Part shown: in pieces, positions 55,907 through 63,529 of the stretch | Numbering within the stretch: position 1 is the first letter of the stretch | Layout of the letters: each line of letters starts with the position of its first letter | The notes under the pieces: model-generated | Seen by the model: the letters and a program-made list of their open reading frames with translations, nothing else | Database searches by the model: none | Told to the model about the DNA's origin: nothing | Source of the DNA: an uncultured Candidatus Saccharibacteria bacterium | GTDB taxonomy: Bacteria > Patescibacteriota > Minisyncoccia > UBA6257 > UBA9933 | Length of the DNA stretch: 64,000 nt | Direction of reading: 5' to 3' | Assembly: GCA_964453135.1 (NCBI GenBank) | Contig: CAYVOL010000002.1 | Coordinates: 55,094 to 119,093, forward strand | Translations under genes and position numbers: made by a program

Positions 55907-57075
55907 AAAATGCGGGAGCGGGGTTGATTTTTCCAGCGACTTATAATAACATCATTAACTATATGAACAGCGAAGCGAACACATCTTCCAATGTTTCCTT
56001 AATGGAGCAATTGATTAAGGCGGATGCCGGCGCGATTGCTTTTGTTAAAGAAGGTGATTTGGTGCCGGCGCGATTTTTAAACCGCTCTGCTTCGGTTGTT
56101 TTTTTTGATTTGGGAAAATACGGCACCGGTATTGTATACGGACGGGAATTGATGAACGCCCGGGAGATTGTGAGAAATCTTCAGCCGGGAGACGAAGTTA
56201 ATGTCGAGGTTGTTAATTTAGAAAGCGAAAACGGCTGTCTGGAACTTTCTTTGGTGAATGTCCAGGAACAGAGAAGCTGGGAAGTGGTAAAAGAAATGAA
56301 AGAGAGCGACAAGGTGATGAGCGTAAAAATTAAAGGCGCCAACAGCGGAGGATTGACTACTGACGTGGAAGGATTGAAAGCGTTTTTGCCGGCTTCGCAA
56401 TTGTCCAGCGAGCATTATCCGTCTGTGGGCAAGGAAGACCCGAAGAGAATTTTGACGGAGCTCAAAAAATTGGTGGGAGAGGAATTGTCGGTGAAAATTA
56501 TAGACGTCAACCCGCGGGCGGAAAAATTGATAATCTCGGAAAAAGAAGCAGTGGGAGAAAACATTAAAGCGCTTCTGGCGGCTTATAAAGCGGGCGACGA
56601 AGTGGAAGGGATAATTTCCGGCGTGGTTGATTTCGGCGTCTTCGTCAAATTTGTGAATACGCCGGCTATTGAAGGACTCATTCATATTTCGGAATTAGAC
56701 TGGCGCCTGATTGATAATCCCAAAGAAATTTTCAAGATGGACGAGGTGGTGAAAGCAAAAATTATTGAGATTAAAAACGACAAGGTGTTTCTTTCTTTGA
56801 AAGCGCTGAAGCCCAATCCTTGGGAAGCGGCGGGCGGAAAATTTGCGGAAGGGCAAAAAGTTTCCGGCCGCGTTTACAAATTCAGCCCCTTCGGCGCTTA
56901 CGTTGATTTGGGAAGCGATCTTTTCGGCTCGGTCCACGTTTCCGAGTTTGGCTCTGTGGAAGAAATGAAAAAACATCTGGAGCTGGGCAAGGATTATGAA
57001 TTTACCATCAGCGTTTTCAAGCCGTCCGATAAGAGGATTTCCTTGAAAGCGGCGGGGACGAACAATGAATCTTGA
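55903..57075 (+). CDS. rpsA: 30S ribosomal protein S1 (short four-S1-domain form)
   Basis: Repeated S1 OB-fold motifs (GDEVEGIISGVVDFGVFVKF, GQKVSGRVYKFSPFGAYVDL). Start uncertain; internal Met at MNSEANT is possible. Confidence 0.75.
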   Translation: MKNAGAGLIFPATYNNIINYMNSEANTSSNVSLMEQLIKADAGAIAFVKEGDLVPARFLNRSASVVFFDLGKYGTGIVYGRELMNAREIVRNLQPGDEVNVEVVNLESENGCLELSLVNVQEQRSWEVVKEMKESDKVMSVKIKGANSGGLTTDVEGLKAFLPASQLSSEHYPSVGKEDPKRILTELKKLVGEELSVKIIDVNPRAEKLIISEKEAVGENIKALLAAYKAGDEVEGIISGVVDFGVFVKFVNTPAIEGLIHISELDWRLIDNPKEIFKMDEVVKAKIIEIKNDKVFLSLKALKPNPWEAAGGKFAEGQKVSGRVYKFSPFGAYVDLGSDLFGSVHVSEFGSVEEMKKHLELGKDYEFTISVFKPSDKRISLKAAGTNNES

Positions 57076-57094
57076 TTGACATGGCGGAGAAAAA

Positions 57095-57131
57095 AGGGCT
57101 GTCCCGTTAAATCGGTACAGCCCTTTTTTTA
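57095..57131 (+). terminator. intrinsic terminator after rpsA
   Basis: gggctgtcccgttaaatcggtacagccc hairpin + ttttttta. Confidence 0.65.
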
Positions 57132-57172
57132 TTGATTACTTTCGCGCCCGCCGTATAATAAGTTTAAGAAGT

Positions 57173-57955
57173 ATGTCTGTTGAAATTATCTATCAAGACA
57201 AAAATTTCATTGCCGTAAACAAACCGGCGGGAATGCTGACGCACCCGGTTTTAAGGGCGCAAGAAAAAAGACAAGGCAAAAATTTGGGCGGCGAGCGCGG
57301 ACAAGAAGCCCTGACAGATTTTTTAGTCAAAAAATTTCCGGAGATAAAAGAAGTGGGAGACGACCCTTTTCTCCGCCCGGGAATAGTACATCGTTTAGAT
57401 AAGGATACCTCGGGCGTTATTTTAATAGCCCGCAATCAGCCCTATTTTGATTATCTGAAAAATCTTTTTCAAACTCGCAGGATAAAAAAAACATATTTAG
57501 CTTTGGTACAAGGGGAATTAAAAGAAAAGAAAGGAGTGATTGAGAGAGTTATCAGTTTGAAGAGCGGCTCGGTAAAAAGAACGGTTCATAAGGGCAAAGA
57601 AGAAAAGCCGGCCATTACCGAATATCGGACATTGAAAAATTTAATTTTAAGAAAATCGCCGGAAGGAAAAGATTTGAAAGAGAAATTTTCTTTGCTGGAA
57701 GTTAGCCCCAAGACAGGCAGAACCCATCAGATAAGGGTTCATTTGGCGTCAATTAGCCATCCGGTTGCGGGCGACAATTTATACGGGCCTAAAAATTTTG
57801 ACTACACTTCCTTGGGATTGAACCGGCAATTTCTTCACGCGCAATCCGTGGAGTTTAACACCGAAGAAGGGAGGCGGGTTAAAATTGAGGCGGATTTGCC
57901 GCCGGAATTAAAAAACGTTTTGAAAAAATTCCGCGCGGCGCAAGCGGCTAGGTGA
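57173..57955 (+). CDS. RluA-family pseudouridine synthase (no S4 domain)
   Basis: FIAVNKPAGMLTHP, catalytic HRLDKDTSGVILIA, GRTHQIRVHLA. Confidence 0.85.
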   Translation: MSVEIIYQDKNFIAVNKPAGMLTHPVLRAQEKRQGKNLGGERGQEALTDFLVKKFPEIKEVGDDPFLRPGIVHRLDKDTSGVILIARNQPYFDYLKNLFQTRRIKKTYLALVQGELKEKKGVIERVISLKSGSVKRTVHKGKEEKPAITEYRTLKNLILRKSPEGKDLKEKFSLLEVSPKTGRTHQIRVHLASISHPVAGDNLYGPKNFDYTSLGLNRQFLHAQSVEFNTEEGRRVKIEADLPPELKNVLKKFRAAQAAR

Positions 57956-57962
57956 TGCGGTT

Positions 57963-58015
57963 GTCATCCTGAGGAGCCCCGCTGTGGCGGGGCGACGAAG
58001 GATCTCGCGAGATTC
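57963..58015. repeat. MITE-like intergenic repeat, copy C (module 2, inverted orientation)
   Basis: gtcatcctgaggagccccgctgtggcggggcgacgaaggatctcgcgagattc. Its reverse complement aligns base-for-base with copy A 35818-35865. Confidence 0.7.
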
Positions 58016-58117
58016 TTTTCCTCTGATTGGCCTGGCGATAGAATGATTCGCCTTTATTTTTATTTGACTAAACGGCGATGATTTGGTAGTCTTACGAAAT
58101 AATTTTTATCAGGAACT

Positions 58118-58477
58118 ATGGATGAAAAAATTATTCAACAAATAAAGTCCGGCGCGCAGGTGCGCGTTTGGGAAAGAATTGTTGCCGAAAAAGGCGCGGC
58201 TGGCGGAAAAGGGAAAAAAGAAAGCGGCAAAGAGAGAATTTCCAAATTTCAGGGAATAGTTTTGGCGCGCAAACACGGCAAAGAAACCGGCGCCACTTTC
58301 ACCGTTCGCTCTACAGTTGGAGGCGTGGGCGTGGAGAAGGTTTATCCTTTTTATTCGCCGATAATTTCCAAAATAGAAATTTTATCTTCTCCTAAAAAGA
58401 TTCATCGCTCCAAACTTTATTTTGTCAGGGATCTCTCCAAAAAGAAATCGCGCGAGAAAATCGGCGTGGCGGCGTAG
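58118..58477 (+). CDS. rplS: 50S ribosomal protein L19
   Basis: VRVWERI...ERISKFQGIVLARKHGKETGATFTVRS...GVGVEKVYPFYSP matches L19. Confidence 0.9.
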   Translation: MDEKIIQQIKSGAQVRVWERIVAEKGAAGGKGKKESGKERISKFQGIVLARKHGKETGATFTVRSTVGGVGVEKVYPFYSPIISKIEILSSPKKIHRSKLYFVRDLSKKKSREKIGVAA

Positions 58478-58572
58478 AGAATAAGAAGAAGCAATATTTT
58501 TTTGTTTTTATTGATTATGGTATACGCTATAAACTTGAGAAAATGATAAAATAATGATGAAATAAATTAAAA

Positions 58573-59241
58573 ATGAGTAAGAGGGGGGCCAAGCCAAAGG
58601 GGAAAGTTAAAATAAAGTGGTCGTCAAAATTTGCTTACGCGATTGGGCTCTTGGTTACCGACGGCAGTTTATCGAATGATGGGCGACATATTAATTTTAC
58701 CTCAAAAGATAGGGAGTTAGTTATTTTACTAAAAGATTCTTTAATGATCGATAATCACATTGGTAAAAAAGCGAGAGTGAGCGAGCAGGAGAAAAAATAT
58801 TTTGTTATTCAATTTGGAGATGTTTTGTTTTATTCATTTTTATGCTCTATCGGCTTGATGCCATGTAAATCCAAGAAGTTAACTTCAATCAATATTCCAG
58901 ATAAATATTTTTTCGATTTTTTGCGAGGTCATTTTGATGGCGACGGAACTTTTTATTCGTATTGGGATCCGCGTTGGAAATCAAGTTTTATGTTCTATAC
59001 TGTTTTTGTTTCGGCGAGCGAAAAACATATTCAATGGCTTCAAAATAAAATATACGGATTTTTAAAAATTAAAGGGCACATCAACCATAATTTTAAGAAA
59101 ACGGTTTATGAGTTGAAATACGCCAAAAAAGAATCATTGAGTTTATTGACTAAAATGTATTATGATAACAAAGTATCTTGTTTATCAAGGAAGAAGGAAA
59201 AAATAAAAAAAGCTTTAAAAATTGATGAGTATCATCAATAG
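58573..59241 (+). CDS. free-standing LAGLIDADG-family homing endonuclease (two motifs)
   Basis: AYAIGLLVTDGSL and FDFLRGHFDGDGTF. AT-rich compared with neighbours. Ends 4 nt before tRNA-Leu. Confidence 0.7.
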   Translation: MSKRGAKPKGKVKIKWSSKFAYAIGLLVTDGSLSNDGRHINFTSKDRELVILLKDSLMIDNHIGKKARVSEQEKKYFVIQFGDVLFYSFLCSIGLMPCKSKKLTSINIPDKYFFDFLRGHFDGDGTFYSYWDPRWKSSFMFYTVFVSASEKHIQWLQNKIYGFLKIKGHINHNFKKTVYELKYAKKESLSLLTKMYYDNKVSCLSRKKEKIKKALKIDEYHQ

Positions 59242-59245
59242 GTTA

Positions 59246-59332
59246 GCCCGGGTGTCGTAATTGGTAGCCGAGCATGCTTGAGGTGCATGTGGCCGCAAGG
59301 CCGTGGAGGTTCGAGTCCTCTCCCGGGCACCA
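59246..59332 (+). tRNA. tRNA-Leu (anticodon GAG), CCA encoded
   Basis: Acceptor GCCCGGG/CCCGGGC, anticodon arm CATGC-TTGAGGT-GCATG, long variable arm GGCCGCAAGGCCG, T-arm GGAGGTTCGAGTCCTCT, 3' ACCA. Confidence 0.8.
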
Positions 59333-59386
59333 CAACTAACTTTTTCGGAATTGATATTTAAAGGCGCTGTTTGTATACTAAAGAGA

Positions 59387-59776
59387 ATGACAGGAACTGA
59401 AAAAGCAACAAAAAAAATTTTAATCATTGAAGACGACCCTTATATTGTCCGGGCCTACACTTTAAAATTGGCCAAGGAAGGCATTGCCGCGGAGGCGGTT
59501 AATGACGGCGAAACAGCGGTTGATTTCTTGAAAAAAAACAAGCCGCCCGATTTGATTATTTTGGATTTGATGTTGCCTAGGCAAAGCGGCTTCGATGTTT
59601 TAAAAGAGATTAAGCAAAGCGATTTATGGAAAGATATTCCGGTGATAATTCTTTCCAATCTTGGCAGCGAAGAGGACAAGGAGAAAGGGAAAAAACTGGG
59701 CGCCAGCGATTATATCACCAAAGCCGACGCCGGCATTGAAGAGGTGATAGCGAAAATAAAAAAATATCTGAAATGA
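59387..59776 (+). CDS. single-domain response regulator (REC only; PilH/CheY-like) heading the pilin locus
   Basis: ILIIEDDPYIVRAY...DLIILDLMLPRQSGFDV...VIILSNLGS. 129 aa. The ORF-track start at 59303 lies inside the tRNA; ATG at 59387 chosen. Confidence 0.75.
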   Translation: MTGTEKATKKILIIEDDPYIVRAYTLKLAKEGIAAEAVNDGETAVDFLKKNKPPDLIILDLMLPRQSGFDVLKEIKQSDLWKDIPVIILSNLGSEEDKEKGKKLGASDYITKADAGIEEVIAKIKKYLK

Positions 59777-59916
59777 GCGAGCGCGCCTGGGAAAGTTATC
59801 CACATTGTAAAGTCTTGCGGCGGATAAATAAATAAATTAAAATAAATTTTGAGGCGTTGAAAATTATTAAGTGAAATAATTAAGCGAAAGGTCGTCTACT
59901 ATACCAAATTTTTTAT

Positions 59917-60582
59917 ATGTTAAATAAAAATAAGAAAAGAGGTTTTACTTTGTTGGAGCTTTTAATTGTTATCGGCATTTTGGCGGTTTTAGCCGGAGTG
60001 ATGATTTTTATTTTAAACCCGGCGGAAACTTTAAGGAAAGCGCGCGATTCGCAAAGGTTGAGCGATTTGGCGACGTTAAAGTCTGCCTTGGGAATTTATA
60101 TGTCCAGCGCGGCTTCTCCTCAGATTGACGGCACGAGCGGAACAGCCAATGATAAATGTTTGGGCGGCGGAGGGACAAAAACTATTTATTGGAGCAATGC
60201 TACTTCCGGCGCAAACACATCAACAACCAATTCCGGTTTTGACGCTTTTTCCGTTTCTACTTCCGGGGTTATCACCGGCAGCGGCTGGGTTCCGGTAAAC
60301 TTAAGCAGTCTTTCCGGCGGTTCTCCTATATCCGCCATGCCTATTGACCCGTCAAACACCACCAGTTCGGTTGCCACCTCCAGCTTGGTTTATCGTTATG
60401 CTTGCAGGAAGTCTCCCTTGGGATTTGAAATTAATTCTCAGTTGGAGTCTGATTTCTACACGGGCGTTTCCAGCGGCGCCGCTGATTGGAGGAAAAATGA
60501 TTCAGGCAACGAGTCCGGTCTTTATGAAGTAGGCACAGACCTGACAATTTTACTGGCCGCTAGCAGCTCTAATGCGTATTAA
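59917..60582 (+). CDS. type IV pilin-like protein (paralog 1)
   Basis: Prepilin signal MLNKNKKRG-FTLLELLIVIGILAVL with Glu+5. Conserved PAETLRKARDSQR and C-terminal LYEVGTD. Confidence 0.8.
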   Translation: MLNKNKKRGFTLLELLIVIGILAVLAGVMIFILNPAETLRKARDSQRLSDLATLKSALGIYMSSAASPQIDGTSGTANDKCLGGGGTKTIYWSNATSGANTSTTNSGFDAFSVSTSGVITGSGWVPVNLSSLSGGSPISAMPIDPSNTTSSVATSSLVYRYACRKSPLGFEINSQLESDFYTGVSSGAADWRKNDSGNESGLYEVGTDLTILLAASSSNAY

Positions 60583-60590
60583 AATAAAAA

Positions 60591-61280
60591 ATGTTAATTC
60601 ATAAAAAATCAAAAAATAAGCTCGGTTTCACGCTTTTGGAACTTTTAATTGTTATCGCTATTATCGGCATTTTGGGTATGGTGTTGTTTTTCCTGATTAA
60701 CCCGGCGGAAACTTTAAGAAAAGCTCGCGATTCGCAAAGAATTAGCGATTTGGGAACAATCAAATCGGCTTTAGCGCTTTACACTTCCAATGTTTCTTCT
60801 CCTCAGCTTGACGGAACAAGCGGAACGGCCAATGCAAAATGTAAAGACGGAAGCGGTACGAAGACAATTTTCTTAAGCGTCGCGACCAGCGGTATTGCCA
60901 CGACAACGGGTATGAGTCCTGCTTACAGCGCTTTTACCACTTCTACCTTGGCCAGTTCGTCATTGACCAATGGCACGGGATGGGTTCCGGTGAATCTGGC
61001 TTCAATTTCCGGAGGCACGCCGATTTCTCAGCTTCCGGTTGACCCGACTAATACTACAAATAGTTCGGTTGCCACCAGCAGTTTGATTTATCGTTATGTT
61101 TGTAACGGCAGTCCTTTGGGTTTTGGGGTTTCAGCGCAGATGGAAAGCGCTTATTATACCGGATCTGATTCTTCCGCTTCCAGCACGGACGTGAGAAAAA
61201 TTGACGGAGGCAACAACGCGGATCTTTACGAAGTCGGCAGCGACCCGACGCTGTTGCCGGCCACGGGAGCGAAATATTAA
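60591..61280 (+). CDS. type IV pilin-like protein (paralog 2)
   Basis: KLG-FTLLELLIVIAIIGIL. Same conserved N-terminal 50 aa and LYEVGSD tail. 8 nt after paralog 1. Confidence 0.8.
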   Translation: MLIHKKSKNKLGFTLLELLIVIAIIGILGMVLFFLINPAETLRKARDSQRISDLGTIKSALALYTSNVSSPQLDGTSGTANAKCKDGSGTKTIFLSVATSGIATTTGMSPAYSAFTTSTLASSSLTNGTGWVPVNLASISGGTPISQLPVDPTNTTNSSVATSSLIYRYVCNGSPLGFGVSAQMESAYYTGSDSSASSTDVRKIDGGNNADLYEVGSDPTLLPATGAKY

Positions 61281-61310
61281 ACAGGTCGTATAAATAATTA
61301 AATAATAAAT

Positions 61311-61443
61311 CCCCACACCTAATGCGAATTGCGAAGCAAACAAAACTTTATCGTTAAACTTCGCATTCCGTAATTATAGCTATTGTTTTATTTTTCCGTA
61401 TCATTTTGGCTTCGCAAGTTTTATATTCGCATTAGGTGTGGGG
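61311..61443. repeat. large imperfect inverted repeat (27/35-nt arms, about 70-nt spacer) between pilin paralogs 2 and 3
   Basis: Arm 1 ccccacacctaatgcgaattgcgaagc (61311-37). Arm 2 gcttcgcaagttttatattcgcattaggtgtgggg (61409-43) equals the reverse complement of arm 1 plus an 8-nt insertion. Confidence 0.7.
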
Positions 61444-61491
61444 ATAGAAATAATCCATCAATGAATTTTCATCAAAACAGAAAATTTTACT

Positions 61492-62166
61492 TTGCTTGAA
61501 CTTTTGATTGTGGTGGCGATTTTGGCGGTGTTGGGCGCCATTACTTTGTTTGTCTTGAATCCGGCGGAAACTTTGAAGAAAACAAGGGATTCGCAGAGAA
61601 TTACCGATTTGGGAACAATTAAATCGGCGCTGGCTTTGTATTTAACCAGCACCTCCACCGCTTATATAGGCGCGACTTCCACAAGTCCCATTACGACAAA
61701 CGGAGGTTGTCTTAATGGCGGCGCTTCGCTCGGTTCAGCCAGCGGAACGGTTTGGTACAGCGTTAACACTACTTTAGCGAAAGCTACAACTACTTATCCT
61801 GATAACGGAGTAGGCGCCAGCGTCTGGGCTCACGCAACTTCCACCAATCTTTATCTGACCGACGGAACAGGATGGGTTCATGCCAATCTTGACGCTTTGA
61901 CCGGCGGTTCCCCCATTTCCAATTTGCCGGTTGATCCGACCAATACAATAGCCGGGGCAAATAATTCCACCAGCACTGATTTGGTTTACCGGTACGGCTG
62001 CGCGGTTGACAATGCCGCCAATAAATCTATTACCGGATTCGAAGTGGACGCCGAGCTGGAAAGTTCCGCTTACAGCGGAATGGCTTCCACTGACGGCGGA
62101 GATAATTCCCAGCTTTACGAAGTGGGCACTCAGGTAAAAAATCTTTTGCCGAAAAGCGGATTCTAA
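61492..62166 (+). CDS. type IV pilin-like protein (paralog 3) with disrupted or non-canonical leader
   Basis: Mature region FTLLELLIVVAILAVLGAITLFVLNPAETLKKTRDSQR and LYEVGTQ tail are conserved. No in-frame ATG; Asn instead of Gly at -1. ATG at 61461 is in another frame. Confidence 0.55.
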   Translation: MLELLIVVAILAVLGAITLFVLNPAETLKKTRDSQRITDLGTIKSALALYLTSTSTAYIGATSTSPITTNGGCLNGGASLGSASGTVWYSVNTTLAKATTTYPDNGVGASVWAHATSTNLYLTDGTGWVHANLDALTGGSPISNLPVDPTNTIAGANNSTSTDLVYRYGCAVDNAANKSITGFEVDAELESSAYSGMASTDGGDNSQLYEVGTQVKNLLPKSGF

Positions 62167-62236
62167 AAATATCTTTTTATCTTTTTTAGAAAAAATCCCG
62201 TCCCGCCATTGGCGTGACGGGATTTTGTTTGCGGCA

Positions 62237-62379
62237 GTCATTCTGAACGCACAGCAGTGTCATTCCGAATCCGCCGAAGGCGGATGAGGAATCTCAAGAA
62301 AGACGCGTCGCTTGTCGGTAAGTTTTTCGAAATGGCGCAAGATTCCTCGCCCCCCGCCGTGGCGGGGGCTCGGAATGAC
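62237..62379. repeat. MITE-like intergenic repeat, copy D (expanded: duplicated module 1 + spacer + module 2)
   Basis: gtcattctgaacgcacagcagtgtcattccgaatccgccgaaggcggatgaggaatctcaag ... gattcctcgccccccgccgtggcgggggctcggaatgac. Confidence 0.7.
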
Positions 62380-62458
62380 GGACGACATTTGCTTTTTCTG
62401 GCAAGACGTTGTTTTTTGTTTGTTGAACACCGCAGAAAATAGTATAATTAAGAATTAA

Positions 62459-62980
62459 ATGTCGGGTTTAAGAATCGTAAAATCAAACAAAGGCGTTTCT
62501 TTGATGGAGCTCATTATCTATATCGGTGTTTTCTCCGTGGTCGCGGTGGTGATGGTGCAGTTTTTCTTGGCGAGTTTGAGAGGCCTCGATTTGGCAAACG
62601 CCAAATATGAAGTTTCGCAAAATATAAGATTTGCCACGGAGAAAATCAAACAAACTGTTTTTGACGCTTCGGCTGTTTCCACTTCGGGAAGCTGTCCGTT
62701 AAACACCTTGAATGCTACTTCCACTAGTAATGCCACCTCGTCTATTTTTGTCAATGCCAGCGGCACATTAGAGTTCAGCGACGCCAGTGGCACAGTTGAT
62801 TTAACCACCGGCCAAGTTATTGCCACGACCACCGCCACGTGCCTTTTTACGATCATTTCCAATCCCGCGCCCGCTAAGCCCACTGTTCAAACATCTTTGA
62901 AAATAGTTTATAATAATCAAAGCCGCACGGATTTAAGCCAAGTTGCCGATACGCAGCAATTTACCACTTCGCTTCGTTGA
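62459..62980 (+). CDS. minor pilin / pseudopilin-like protein
   Basis: Prepilin-type N-terminus KG-VSLMELIIYIGVFSVVAVVMV (Glu+5). Ser/Thr-rich secreted part. Confidence 0.55.
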   Translation: MSGLRIVKSNKGVSLMELIIYIGVFSVVAVVMVQFFLASLRGLDLANAKYEVSQNIRFATEKIKQTVFDASAVSTSGSCPLNTLNATSTSNATSSIFVNASGTLEFSDASGTVDLTTGQVIATTTATCLFTIISNPAPAKPTVQTSLKIVYNNQSRTDLSQVADTQQFTTSLR

Positions 62981-63034
62981 ATGAGCTTTTAGCTGTTAGC
63001 TTCTAGTTTTTAGCCAGAAAAAGAGATAAATAAT

Positions 63035-63508
63035 TTGAGAAAAATTAAGAATATACCGAGCATTATGGAAATCCTACCTCGGAAAGCTAAAAGCTATAAA
63101 CTAAAAACTAGCAGAGGGGTGGCAGCGCTGCCGGTTATCGTGGTGATTTCTTTGATTGTATTGGTGATTGCCGTCGGCATTTCTTCCAGCAGTTATATTG
63201 AAAATTGGGGAACATATACGGAGGCGGAAAACAAAAAAGCGTCGTTTGCGGCGGAAGCGGGCGCCCACGACGCTTACAAAAGGATTACCAAAAACACCAG
63301 CTGCAACACGGGAGGTTCGCCGGATTGCTCCAGTTATACGCTATCAGTTGCCGATGCTACAGCGACTATAACAGTAAGCGGCGGCAGTTCCAAAACAATT
63401 CTTTCCATCGGGAAAGTCAGCAATGTTCAGGTGAAAATTCAGGTGGGCGTTTCCGTTGACGCCGATAATAAAGTTACCCAGACATCGTGGCAGCAGCTAA
63501 ACAACTAA
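63035..63508 (+). CDS. pilin-like / pilus assembly protein with N-terminal hydrophobic anchor
   Basis: SRG-VAALPVIVVISLIVLVIAVGI leader-like segment without Glu+5. Confidence 0.45.
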   Translation: MRKIKNIPSIMEILPRKAKSYKLKTSRGVAALPVIVVISLIVLVIAVGISSSSYIENWGTYTEAENKKASFAAEAGAHDAYKRITKNTSCNTGGSPDCSSYTLSVADATATITVSGGSSKTILSIGKVSNVQVKIQVGVSVDADNKVTQTSWQQLNN

Positions 63509-63529
63509 TTAGTTTTATAAGGAGACTCA

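Noticed and set aside
59215-59427. 70-aa minus-strand ORF spanning tRNA-Leu, and the 5' 84 nt of the ORF-track call 59303..59776
   Set aside because: Both overlap a well-formed tRNA-Leu(GAG). The response regulator starts at the ATG at 59387.
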